Shown here in pieces: positions 21,235 to 31,124 of a stretch of 64,000 bases of DNA. Position 1 is the first letter of the stretch. Every line of letters begins with the position of its first letter. Origin of the DNA: Candidatus Latescibacterota bacterium (GTDB taxonomy: Bacteria; Latescibacterota; UBA2968; SICM01); NCBI GenBank assembly GCA_965217865.1, contig CBDCJO010000002.1, forward strand, positions 352,001-416,000, written 5' to 3'. The notes under the pieces are model-generated. The model had not been told where the DNA came from. It ran no database searches and worked only from the letters and a program-made list of their open reading frames with translations. The translations under genes were made by a program, and so were the position numbers.

Positions 21235-21315
21235 GCTGGCAGCTTTCTTGAGAAGCACCCGCTGAAGTGATTTGTAAGCAGGTTTGGGGCGGTATTCCTC
21301 GTCGAACAGGAAAGG

Positions 21316-21465
21316 GGTTCCCCCGCACACGCGGGGATAGACCCAAATACTTACCCAAATATCGAGCAAGCTTAATGGTTCCCCCGCACACGCGGGGATA
21401 GACCCAAATACTTACCCAAATATCGAGCAAGCTTAATGGTTCCCCCGCACACGCGGGGATAGACC
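21316..21465 (+). CRISPR. Orphan type I-E-like mini-array: 3 repeats, 2 identical spacers
   Basis: GGTTCCCCCGCACACGCGGGGATAGACC at 21316, 21377, 21438 (61-bp period); spacer CAAATACTTACCCAAATATCGAGCAAGCTTAAT twice; no adjacent cas genes. Confidence 0.85.
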
Positions 21466-21509
21466 TTCATCCCCTGAAAATCGGTGAACTTTCCTTCGGT
21501 CTCCAGCTT

Positions 21510-22371
21510 CTCTAATTGCATCTCGGCCTCCATCACGAGAAGGTCGGGTCAGATCAATTTCCGCGATATCGGGGAGAAGTAGTTTGGCGATTGCAGCGGC
21601 ACAGCGTTCGAAACCGTGAGATTGGTCTCTGAAATATTCGTGAATTGTATTTAGGATGGAGCGTTCCTTTGAGGCTTTTGGAATTTGCTCAGCTTTTGTC
21701 CTGTAATCCAGTGATCTGGTAGCAAGCAGCGACTGCGGCTGGCCGGTTTGTACCCAGTAGGACCAAACCGGATGCGCGTTAGAGGAATGAGGATTGCCGG
21801 CGATGATATCGACAATCCAAGCCCGTGACAGCGATGGGGTTTTAAGGACTGAAAAGCGGGCACAATAGTTTTGAAAACGACTTCCTTTGGAGATCCGCCA
21901 GATGGCGACAAGATCTTCAGAAGCGCGGAGGGCGGTGGTGCCGGGAACGGCCAGTCCGAGAAATACAACATCTCTCCATTCGCCCGTGTTCTCGAAGAGC
22001 AAGATGGGAGGTACCTTTCGGCGTCCTTCAATGCCCGAATGAGCCAAGTTGAAGATTCGTCGGAGAAGTTCATTACCTTTTCTGGGCGTCTCGTGTAGCC
22101 CACGACCGGGGCTCTTATTGTCTCCGAAATAAGTATAGACACCGGTCTCGCGATCCAGCATGTCCGGCCAGTCTGGATCCTTGTTCGAGGAGGTCAGAAC
22201 CACCAATTCCAATGCGTGGACTCGCCCCCGATACCGGAAGCCGCCAGAATTGCTTACGTTGAGTAGGAGAGGCAAGGGATCGTCTCCAGCGTTGCCCATG
22301 CGACCTCCTCGATAGACGGCGTCGACCCTAAGGTCGGTTGAACAAGCGTCCGAGAACGGTACGATCTGCAT
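21510..22371 (-). pseudogene. AspBHI/MspJI-like modification-dependent (Mrr-family) restriction endonuclease, C-terminally truncated
   Basis: DLRVDAVYRGG..DDPL..NSGGFR, WPD..D..G..TYFGDNK, FLGLAVPG, FE...TRPSRDGGRDAI then break. Confidence 0.8.
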
Positions 22372-22413
22372 GTCAGTGTCCGGCGTCTGTGTTGAGGTGT
22401 ATTCCGTCGTCGG

Positions 22414-22860
22414 TCAAGCTGCCAGTACCCCCTTGACGGGCTTGTCCTGTGCTCCTGGAGATGCAGACAAGGCGCGTAGCGGTTCGCCCATCATATCCAC
22501 ACGCGGTTCGCCGCGGCGCACAATGGCGTAATGCCCAATGTCCTTCCACATCCCTCGAACCGAGAACCCGAGCCTGTCTCGATAAAAATCTGCCGCTCGC
22601 TCTATGTCCTTTACACCGAACCTCATTGCAGCAGAGCGGAATGCATCATCCGGCACAGACTTGCGTAACATGGTATCCATTTCTTCCCCCTCAAACAAAG
22701 AGTAGATGTACTGCTTCATTCTTGCCCAGCTTGCAAAGCCGTGTTCTCCGGCAACAACCAATTGAGCATCATGTAAGGAATTCAGCTTGGAGTATCTCTG
22801 ACTCAGAAGCAGTAGCCAACTTTAAAGAAACTCTTGATCCTGAGAAAAGCATCAGGATTT
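22414..22860 (-). pseudogene. VOC/glyoxalase-domain protein fragment
   Basis: LHDAQLVVAGEHGFASW and GVKDIERAADFYRDRLGF motifs; ends degraded. Confidence 0.5.
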
Positions 22861-22894
22861 CTTGTGTTATGTGCCCGCAAAGAAGTGCTTGGCA

Positions 22895-23779
22895 CTATTG
22901 AAACTTCTGCGTAGCAAATTCGTAGATCAATTGCCGAAATGCTTCGGGTTCTTCTTCGTGCGGATAGTGACCGGACTGCTCGAGGATTTCTAGTCGACTT
23001 CTTTTCAGACGCTTCGCCGCCTCGCTTGCGTGTCGTGGCGATATGACATGATCGTGTCTGCCCGTCACCACTAAAACCGGCTGCTGTAATCCTGGTAGCT
23101 CGTCGAGAATAGAATATGAGGTGAATAACCCTTGGTTCCAGAATGACTCAACGATCCACCGCACCACGGACACCGTGGTTTTAGAATACCCCCAACGCTC
23201 AAGCCCACCTTCAAGGGGCACATCGGCGTCAGGATCATACCAATAGAGCTCCTGTATATCCACAAGATGATCAAAGTCGTCAAGGGTTAGAGCTTCACCC
23301 CCTTCATATTTCAGCACCACTTGTTCAATGTGGGGTATTTTTTTCTCTTCGGCGAGTCTGGCCGCCCCGTTCAGACGATCCTCCAGAGATATCCGTGCAT
23401 CAAGATAGCCGTTCTCAAGAATCACCTTCTTCACTCGTCCCGAGTGTGCCAGAGTGTACTCAAGTGCGATGGCCCCACCGAAGCTCTGGCCAAGGAGTAG
23501 GACATGTTGGGTATCCAGGTGCTCAAGTAGCTCGTGAAGATCCCGGATATACCGGGCAATAGAGATCGATGAATCAGGAACAGACCTGGCCGAGAGGCCT
23601 GATCCCCTCTGATCGTAGAGAACTGTCCGGAAGTCATCTGTGAGTCGAGATGCAAAGGGTCGAAGGTAACTTGAGTTAAACCCAGGACCTCCATGAATGA
23701 AGACCAGTGTACCAAGTCTGGGGGTTCCCTCGTCGAAGTAAGATATCTCTACACCGTCGGAGGTAGTGAATCCACCCAT
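22895..23779 (-). CDS. Alpha/beta hydrolase (proline iminopeptidase-like)
   Basis: HGGPG, YDQRGSG, GQSFGG nucleophile elbow, GRHD, SGHYPH. Confidence 0.88.
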   Translation of the reverse strand: MGGFTTSDGVEISYFDEGTPRLGTLVFIHGGPGFNSSYLRPFASRLTDDFRTVLYDQRGSGLSARSVPDSSISIARYIRDLHELLEHLDTQHVLLLGQSFGGAIALEYTLAHSGRVKKVILENGYLDARISLEDRLNGAARLAEEKKIPHIEQVVLKYEGGEALTLDDFDHLVDIQELYWYDPDADVPLEGGLERWGYSKTTVSVVRWIVESFWNQGLFTSYSILDELPGLQQPVLVVTGRHDHVISPRHASEAAKRLKRSRLEILEQSGHYPHEEEPEAFRQLIYEFATQKFQ

Positions 23780-24124
23780 CCGAGGCTCCTTCTCGCCCGC
23801 GACAGCACGTGTGGAATTCGGAACATGTCAACAATTTTGCGACACTGAAAGTTGGAATTTAGTGAAGTTTCCGGCCGTCTCCATAAGAGGTGTCATCGGC
23901 AACCGTGGATCTATCTTCAGGATCTATAGTGCCTTGGGATGTGTTGTTTCCTAAGATTAGACGCACGAAGATTTGTGGAGTAAGTAGAACCTGAATTGAG
24001 CTGTTCCACGGCTTCGACCGGGTCTAGGTGGGTTACCGGTACTCAGGCGGACCGGCTTGGGCCTGTTGCCGGCCGCGCAGGAGTACATTCTGGCCCAGGA
24101 GAACGGCAAGGATCGCTGCGTGCG

Positions 24125-24441
24125 GTCAACGGCTCGACAACCGAAGTGTGCACGGCCAGCACCGGGTCGAAGAGATGCGCCAGGCGGATCCGCTGTGCCT
24201 CGGAGACCAGGCGGAACAGCGCGCCGTCTCCGTCAAAGCTCCATGGCCGGCCGACTTCGACGATCTCGAGCCGGGCTTCGTCGTGACGGTACAGAAGCTC
24301 ATTGGCAACCTTTCCAGTCGGTGTCTTGTACGTCAACTCAAGCGCTTCGGAGCCGAACCACTGCACGCTGACCACCGTGACGAGGGAGTCGGATAGGATG
24401 CCATGCACCGCAGCATTGGCCTGGAGATCTTCCAGCTTCAT
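24125..24441 (-). pseudogene. N-terminal fragment of the SNF2/DUF3883 helicase family
   Basis: MKLEDLQ...[19 protein letters not shown]...[36 protein letters not shown]. Confidence 0.7.
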
Positions 24442-24632
24442 ACTCTGCTTCTGTTCCCTGTTCATATTTGAGAACCCGATATGCCCCCCGGAAGGGCGTG
24501 GTTTCCTGCTCCCCACGCGCCCGCCACGGTTTCGACGAGCGTGGTCTTGCCCCTCACTGCATTCCGGGGGTGCGCGAGACTGGGAGCCAAGACGATTAGG
24601 GGCAGTCAGACAATCGAGTAATATAGCCGTTT

Positions 24633-25110
24633 GGCCGGAAGCTGTCAATCAGGGAGGCTTCAGATCCGAGCGATCAGAAGCTGCGAGCGGATGGAGGGGA
24701 AGATAAGAGTGGCGATTTGGCGGGTGTGGGAAGAGGGGATTTGAGATTTGCGCCGCACTATGTAGAATTTCTTCAGGTTAAACGGTTCCTCCGCCACAGC
24801 TTCCGACAGCGTGAGGCGGTCCAGAACGTGGACAACGACCTCACCACGGCTTCTCGAGTTGATGCGTGAAGCCTGTGTTGGCCCCTACGAAAGGCGTGCC
24901 GTCAGCACCAAGGTGAACAGCGTGGGTAACGACGACCCGGATATCCTGATCCCATGTCGGAGAAGTGGCTGTTTTGACCTGAAGGGCGGAAGTCGTCTTG
25001 ACGCTGTCTTCCGCGTCTGCGGCGCGGGCGTAATTACGATAGCTCCTTTCAATACAGCATGTTACGACTGAGGAACAGAGAATGGTTCCGGGGAGAGGAT
25101 CATATGGGGA
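24633..25110 (+). repeat. ~477-bp direct repeat, copy 1 (contains SRAP peptidase C-terminal remnant)
   Basis: Colinear with 26127-26602, with scattered substitutions; AVSTKVNSVGNDDPDILIP. Confidence 0.9.
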
Positions 25111-25437
25111 CCGCCGCGTGACCCCGTCAATGCCCTGTTGTCGCTCGGCTATAGCCTCCTGGCGAAGGATCTGACCGTCGCCTGCTACGCCGTCGGCTTT
25201 GATCCGATGATCGGTTTCTATCACCAGCCGCGTCATGGCCGGCCGGCGCTGGCGCTGGACCTGATGGAGCCGCTACGGCCCCTGATCGCGGATTCGGCCG
25301 TGCTGAGCGCGGTGAACACGAAGATGGTCTCCGAGCGTGACTTCGTGACGGCGGGGGACGCGGTCTCGTTGACGGCTGCGGGGCGAAAGGGTTCTTCCGC
25401 GCGTATGAGGCCCGGATGGACACGCTCGTTACGCATC
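25111..25437 (+). pseudogene. cas1: Cas1 internal fragment (type I-G/I-C-like), frameshifted
   Basis: [17 protein letters not shown]...[34 protein letters not shown]; continues as [15 protein letters not shown] after a frameshift near 25391. Confidence 0.85.
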
Positions 25438-25770
25438 AGACGCGCGATCACACTGACATCGAGATCGCCATCTTCCGAGAAGATCAACTGGCACTGCAGC
25501 GAATCCTAAAGGGGTGGCGGCTTGAACTCTCCACAAAGGAGGGCCGGAGGATATGGCAGCCTGGAGAATGGCTGCAGCTACCGCTTCATGAGATTCACAC
25601 TTATGATAGTGATAACGACGGAGTAGAATTCCTGCTCAATGAGAAGAGCGATTCGGAATGGGTTTTCCGAAGGAACAAAGCCGTCAAGCGGGAAATCTCC
25701 GCGTTGACTATGTATACGCAGGATGGAATTCCATTCTTTGGACCAGAGATTGTCTTACTCTACAAAGCTG
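25434..25770 (+). pseudogene. Aminoglycoside-2''-adenylyltransferase-like nucleotidyltransferase fragment
   Basis: [16 protein letters not shown]...WVFRRN...GIPFFGPEIVLLYKA. Confidence 0.65.
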
Positions 25771-26011
25771 GTCAAGGTCGAGATGCCCTCAGTCCGTTTT
25801 CCGAAGGAAGGTGGAACAGGGTAGCGGAACCTGTCCCAACTGCGGGGGGCATTTCCGGATCGGCCAAAGGGAGTACTTCGAACTCCTTATCGACGGAGGG
25901 AGCTTCGAGGAGGTGGCCGGGGAAGTCAAATCCAAGGATTTCCTCAAGTTCAAGGACCGGATATCCTATTCAGAACGGCTTAAGCAGATGCGGAAAAAGA
26001 CCGGTCTTAAA
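25768..26011 (+). pseudogene. accD: Acetyl-CoA carboxylase carboxyltransferase beta N-terminal fragment
   Basis: CPNCGGHFRI...LIDGGSFEE...KDFLKFKDRISYSERLKQMRKKTGLK. Confidence 0.7.
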
Positions 26012-26126
26012 GGCAACGGCCGTTCGTCATCGCGGGTGACCGGCACGGCATCCCGCTTCTCGTCCTGGCACCGCATCTCGGGCTCCGGTGGATGGGCAAT
26101 CTACTTTGCGCGGGGTTGTTCCTCAA
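26011..26126 (-). repeat. Partial copy of HGGxSTG gene (13267-13382)
   Basis: Near-identical nucleotide match. Confidence 0.85.
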
Positions 26127-26602
26127 GGCCGGAAGCTGTCAACCAGGGAGGCTTCAGATCCGAGCGATCAGAAGCTACGAGCGGATGGGGGGGAAGATAA
26201 GAGTGGCGATTTGGCGGGTGTGGGAAGAGGGGATTTGAGATTTGCGCCGCACTATGTAGAATTTCTTCAGGTTAAACGGTTCCTCCGCCACAGCTTCCGA
26301 CAGCGTGAGGCGGTCCAGAACGTGGACAACGACCTCACCACGGCTTCTCGAGTTGATGCGTGAAGCCTGTGTTGGCCCCTACGAAAGGCGCACCGTCAGC
26401 AGGAGGGTAAACAGCGTGGGTAACGACGACCCGGATATCCTGGTCCCCATGTCTGGGAAGCGGCTGTTTTGACCTGAAGGGCGGAAATCTTCTTGACTGC
26501 GCTCCGTCTCTGCGGCGCGAGGAGATTGCGATATATCCTTTCAATACAGCAAGTTGTGACTGACGAACAGAGAATGGTTCCGGGGAGAGGATCATATGGG
26601 GA
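26127..26602 (+). repeat. ~476-bp direct repeat, copy 2
   Basis: Colinear with 24633-25110; continues into a segment homologous to 9033-9132. Confidence 0.9.
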
Positions 26603-27461
26603 GCCATATTCCCATCCGCCAACTTCGGCGGTCGTCCGTTAACGCAAAACCCCGTAGGGCAACCCCTTCGGGGTCTTGTCGTTTCTGCCGTATTCACAAA
26701 CGCTTGTGCCACCTCCCCCCTTCTCTGCCGGTTCTCTGTTTCGAAGCGCTCCCATCGGGATTGCAAGCGCAACCGTGGGGGTTGCGTCCGCTGAGCAGAG
26801 ATATCTCCTCCGGATTCTCTGATTCTCTGTTTTCCGCGTCGGCCTTGTTTAACAGCCCGGTTGCGTCCTTTCGACGTTTCGGAAGGTCCTCCGGCAAGTA
26901 TTCACAGGAAGCCGGACCCGATGGGTCCGGTCTTACGGCAGATCACCGGACAGCGGAAGCGGCCGTGCGCCCGGAGTCCGAAACCGTAGCCGGCGCAGCC
27001 CCCAGTCCCAGCCCGAGCGACGCCTTCTCCGGCGATTTTAGCAAGGCTTATCAAAGGCGCGCACGGTTCCCCCAAGGCGTTCGGGGAGATCCGGAAGGCC
27101 CGGTTCGTGGCCGCCTCTACGAGGGCTCTCCAGCATGGAATCCACACCTGGCGATCATGTTCAGGGACGAGCGGCCGGGGAAACGATAGGAGGGGAACAC
27201 CATGCCGCAGAACCCAACGCTGGAGGAGTGGTGTCTGCTGACGTTGCGCCTGCGCATCGCGGGGCTGGAGCTATCGCGAGATCGCGACACGGGTCGGGGT
27301 GTCCCCGACGCAGGTCTTCCGCGACATCGGGCGTGTGTGCGACCGGCTGCGAAAGGACCAGTACGCGGCCGCGCAGCAGCAGGTGGAACTGCAAGATCGC
27401 AAGCCGCCGGAGATCACCGTGCATTTCGGCGGTCCCCCCGGCCGAGCGGAAGGGGATGCCC

Positions 27462-27555
27462 ATGGCACGTGATCGCGTAGTAGAGCTGCGGCGGGTCCGA
27501 GCCGGAGACCTGCGACCCGACCCGCGCAACTGGAGGCGACATCCTCCCGGACAGC
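27462..27555 (+). pseudogene. ParB-like N-terminus of a phage-type DNA methylase, fragment
   Basis: MARDRVVELRRVRAGDLRPDPRNWRRHP. Confidence 0.55.
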
Positions 27556-27889
27556 TAACAGCCTGGTTCGACGTTTGGGAACGTCCCCCGGTATGTATTC
27601 ACTGGAGCCGGACCAGTTCCCCCGAATTCGACCACGATCCTCGCGTTCGACTCCGTGGCCCCCAGGGTATCAACGAAACCCGGCGCTGTGCCGGGCCGTA
27701 AGTCATACCCCCCCACGGTCGCTTTTTTTGTGGAGGTCGCATACCGTTGCCCGGATTCCGAATTAAAGTCGCACACGGGCCGGATTCCGTGCCTCAGCGG
27801 GCGATTCCGGGCGAAGGGGGGGGTTGGATTCCATAATTTCGGAGCGAGTATAAAAAGGCGGGTGGGTGAGGTCCCCCCAGCAACGAGGC

Positions 27890-28219
27890 CGGTCGTCGTG
27901 TCCGGGCAGGTCCCTCAACGCCCACCGGATCGAAACCGCCGTGGTGGAGCACGTCCGCAGCATCGGGATGAACCAACAGGTCGTGGCGGCCACGGTGGCC
28001 AAAGCGCGGGAACAGCGGCTGACCGCTCTCCGGGAAGAGGCTCCCGCTTTTGAGCGGGAAGCCGTGGATGAAAGCGACCTGGCCCGGAGCCTCCGGCTGC
28101 TCATCGAGCGGGTCGGCTACGACGGACGGGACGGGACGGTGACCGTCACCTTTCGCCCACCCGGCATCGAGGCGCTGTGCCGGAAGGCGGGTCTCAACGG
28201 ACAGGAGATCATGCGATGA
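27890..28219 (+). pseudogene. Large serine recombinase C-terminal fragment
   Basis: CPGRSLNAHRIETAVVEHVRSIG...LRLLIERVGYDGRDGTVTVTFRPPGIEAL. Confidence 0.65.
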
Positions 28220-28908
28220 GCGGTCGCGCATCCGATGCGACCCGGGCCGGACCCCTGGAAGTGTCTTTCACGCTCCAGCCCGGAAACGGCCGGAACAACG
28301 GCTGCCGACACACGGATCAGGATCGGAATGTCGAGCCGGGGAACATACCTCGCATATCGAGACTGACGGCCCTGGCGATCCGGTTCGAGGGGCTGGTCCG
28401 GCGGGGCGACGTGCGGGACTATGCGGACCTGGCGCGCCTCGGCTGCGTGACCCGGGCGAGGATCACGCAGATCATGAACCTGCTCCACTTGGCGCCCGAT
28501 ATTCAGGAAGCGCTCCTGTTCCTGCCGCGCACGCTTCGGGGCCGCGATCCGATCTGCGAGAAGGACGTCCGTCCCATCGCCGCCGTCCCCCACTGGCCCC
28601 GCCAGCGCAAAATGTGGGCGACGCACGCCGAAGAACGCTTGCCCTGCAGTATTCTGACGGCAATCACCACAAAGGAACAGCCGGGCCTGTGCAAGTGCGT
28701 CTCCGAAGATCCGGATGCTCTCCCGGCTCATCTCACTTGTCCTGGCGACTCAGGAAATACGTGCCACGACACACCTCATCGAACGCAGCTTCACATAGCG
28801 GACTTTGAAACGGATTCATTGGCTACACGGGATTCAAGAGTTGACCGGATACGCCAATTTTCATATATTTTCCGAAGTGTTCGTCTGGTTTCCCTTGAAG
28901 AGAGATGA
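28216..28908 (+). CDS. HTH protein of the type that follows large serine recombinases; sequence after ~28630 probably unrelated read-through
   Basis: ATGA coupling; PRISRLTALAIRFE..VRDYADLARLGCVTRARITQIMNLLHLAPDIQEALLFLP..W.RQRKMW. Confidence 0.65.
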   Translation: MSGRASDATRAGPLEVSFTLQPGNGRNNGCRHTDQDRNVEPGNIPRISRLTALAIRFEGLVRRGDVRDYADLARLGCVTRARITQIMNLLHLAPDIQEALLFLPRTLRGRDPICEKDVRPIAAVPHWPRQRKMWATHAEERLPCSILTAITTKEQPGLCKCVSEDPDALPAHLTCPGDSGNTCHDTPHRTQLHIADFETDSLATRDSRVDRIRQFSYIFRSVRLVSLEER

Positions 28909-29041
28909 GCCGAAGACGGCTGCTGAAGAAGGCCGGGCCGGCATCACGTCGTCTCCCCGCCCAATTTCGACCCGGGGGAGCGGCCCTGATCGAATGCGGA
29001 TTTCCAACAGACACATGCGCCAAATCCACGGGGAGTTCAAA

Positions 29042-30658
29042 ATGAAACGTCTGGTTCCAATTTCATTTGTGTTTCTGTTCATGGCACTCACGTCCGACGC
29101 TTTCGCCAGGCCTGCCCGCCCTTCTCAGATCCCGAACGGCAGCGTTTTCAGCTGTGCCAACTGCCACGTCAATCCGGCCGGAGGCGGAGACCGCAACGTC
29201 TTCGGATCGGTGGTCGAAAGTGGTTTTCTAAACGGCATGGGGGCGTCGGCCACGGTCAACTGGAACGCCGGTCTGGCCGCCCTGGACTCCGACGGAGACG
29301 GGGCCACCAACGGCGAGGAGCTTGGGGACCCTGACGGCGACGGTGTCCCGGTCGACGGCGCGGTCGTCACCAATCCCGCAGACTCGGCCAGCACTCCACC
29401 CCCGGAGGGAGTGATCCGGGTCCTCTCCCTTTCCATCGCCGGCCAGGAACTCGCCGAGGACGCCTCGAACCCCCCGGTGGATGCCGGTGACCAGGAGGTG
29501 GTGATCCGCTTTGCCGAGCCCGTGGCCTTCGAACCGTCGGAGGACGGTTCGCCTGTCTTCGACAACCTGGGCGTCGGTTTCGCGCCCTACATGGGGATCG
29601 GTGAAGAGGTCACGAATCTTTTGATCAGCGGAGACGGACGGACTCTCACGGCAACGGTTTCCCTGGCGGAGAACACGGCGTATCAGATTCTGGTCGGACC
29701 GGCCGACCCCGGCTTTTCCGACGAGCATCAGGTCTACTACGTCGGGACAAGCGAACTTCCCGACGTCTCCATCACCGGCCGGGCGATCTATCCTGAGGAC
29801 TTGGCCGGCCGTGCGGGAGAAGGCCTGGCGGTGGTCGTCCTTCTCGATCGCGAGCGGTATGAGTTGCTCCAGGAAGAGGAACAGGGGTTCAAGCCCGCCC
29901 TGGCCAGGATCTTCGCCGAGGCGTCAGCGTCCCGGGTCCGGGAGGAACCCGAAGCGGAGGAGGACGCAGAGATCGCTGCGCTGGTACGGATGACCGGAAT
30001 CGGATCGGGTGGGCGTTACGAGTTGAAGTTTGTCCCGGATGGCGACTACATCCTTTTGGCAAACGTTGTGCTGGATGACGGCGAGGTTCTCATGGTGGGG
30101 AGTTACGGCGTGGAGGACCTGGAATCGGGTTCCGCGCCCGCGCCCCTCCTGGTGGAAGGTGTGAGCCTGACGGACGTGGACGTCGACCTGTTCCACATCG
30201 GGGTAGACATAGTAGACGCAAGGGAAGTCACCGTCGCCGGGGTGGATGTGAAGGGGGGATTCCTCTATTTCGACGATTCGGACGGCGACCGGGTAACCGT
30301 AAGTGTTTTTCCGATCCTGGGGTCGATTCTGGACCTGGAGGGGAACTTGATCGAGTTCTCCGATCTCGAGGTGGGCTCGGTCGTACTCGTCTCGGGACTG
30401 ATGGTGGTCGGGGAGATCGTCGCCTTCGAGATCCGGGTCGTCTCCTTACCCCCTTCTCCAGAACCCCGTTCTCCAGATTTCAGCGGAAACGGCGTGGTCG
30501 GGCTTGAGGATTTCTTCGCGTTCGCGGAGGTTTACGGTTCCGTCGACGGCGATGGGATCTACCAGGCCAAGTTCGACCTGAGCCGGAACGGGAGTATCGG
30601 GCTCGAGGATTTCTTCATTTTCGCCGAGTCCTTTGGAATGGAAGTTGGTACATCATAG
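29042..30658 (+). CDS. Secreted protein: signal peptide, CxxCH/temptin-like domain, Ig-like middle region, C-terminal dockerin-like EF-hand pair
   Basis: GGGAG RBS, MKRLVPISFVFLFMALTSDAFA; IPNG..CANCH..LDSDGDGATNGEELGDP; DFSGNGVVGLEDFF, DLSRNGSIGLEDFF. Confidence 0.8.
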   Translation: MKRLVPISFVFLFMALTSDAFARPARPSQIPNGSVFSCANCHVNPAGGGDRNVFGSVVESGFLNGMGASATVNWNAGLAALDSDGDGATNGEELGDPDGDGVPVDGAVVTNPADSASTPPPEGVIRVLSLSIAGQELAEDASNPPVDAGDQEVVIRFAEPVAFEPSEDGSPVFDNLGVGFAPYMGIGEEVTNLLISGDGRTLTATVSLAENTAYQILVGPADPGFSDEHQVYYVGTSELPDVSITGRAIYPEDLAGRAGEGLAVVVLLDRERYELLQEEEQGFKPALARIFAEASASRVREEPEAEEDAEIAALVRMTGIGSGGRYELKFVPDGDYILLANVVLDDGEVLMVGSYGVEDLESGSAPAPLLVEGVSLTDVDVDLFHIGVDIVDAREVTVAGVDVKGGFLYFDDSDGDRVTVSVFPILGSILDLEGNLIEFSDLEVGSVVLVSGLMVVGEIVAFEIRVVSLPPSPEPRSPDFSGNGVVGLEDFFAFAEVYGSVDGDGIYQAKFDLSRNGSIGLEDFFIFAESFGMEVGTS

Positions 30659-30697
30659 CTGCCACCGGAGACTTATACTCCATTAGCCGGGCTTCGC

Positions 30698-30970
30698 GTG
30701 TCAAATGGCCGGGTTCAATTTTTGTTTTTTTCAGCAGGGAACTGTATTAAACTCGAGAACACGACCATTAACGGCGTGGTATACACGGCTCACACTTCAA
30801 AATGGCAGAGAAAAGACGGTTCATCCTGGGTTGATATTTCAAGCACAGAACGCGAGGGGCTGTGTTCTTATTCGCCAACCAGTTCTGGTGAATACCGATT
30901 GGTTTCAGAGAATAGCGTTGATGGTGTAAGGGGAAAATACACCAGCGAGAATACCCTCACGGTCAGATGA
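30698..30970 (+). pseudogene. Fragment of an extracellular Ig-like protein
   Basis: KWQRKDGSSWVDI...PTSSGEYRLV; lower GC; no RBS or signal peptide. Confidence 0.3.
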
Positions 30971-31012
30971 CACTGCGCCCTGGCAAGGGCGCCAGGACTG
31001 CGAAATTATGCG

Positions 31013-31099
31013 TTGAGCGACGCAGCCCCTTCGTTTCACGGCCTTTCAGCCGCTTCATCACTATTACGGGCTGCGCCGCTCCCTGTGCCTCGCTTCGGT
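31013..31099 (-). mobile_element. Possible group II intron RNA fragment
   Basis: CCCCTTCGTTTCACGGCCTTTCAGCCGCTTCATCACTATTACGGGCTGCGCCGCTCCCTGTGCCTCGCTTCGGT resembles the antisense of the pre-ORF region of bacterial group II introns (recalled pattern). Confidence 0.4.
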
Positions 31100-31124
31100 C
31101 GTCGCCACACAGGCGCACCTTTCC

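Noticed and set aside
21203-21430. 75-aa ORF over the CRISPR array
   Set aside because: Translation of repeats
22416-22425. AAGCTGCCAG complementary to the end of the truncated cassette at 21237-21246
   Set aside because: 10 bp with no adjoining AAC core or attC; cannot be called the other cassette end
25083-25100. Minus-strand ATCCTCTCCCCGGAACCA resembling a tRNA 3' end
   Set aside because: No T-loop or upstream cloverleaf; no tRNA gene is supported
25111-25437. Functional CRISPR-Cas locus from cas1 plus the mini-array
   Set aside because: cas1 is a frameshifted internal fragment of a different subtype, 3.6 kb away, with no other cas genes
28805-29041. N-terminal extension of the 617-aa ORF
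   Set aside because: RBS and signal peptide place the start at 29042
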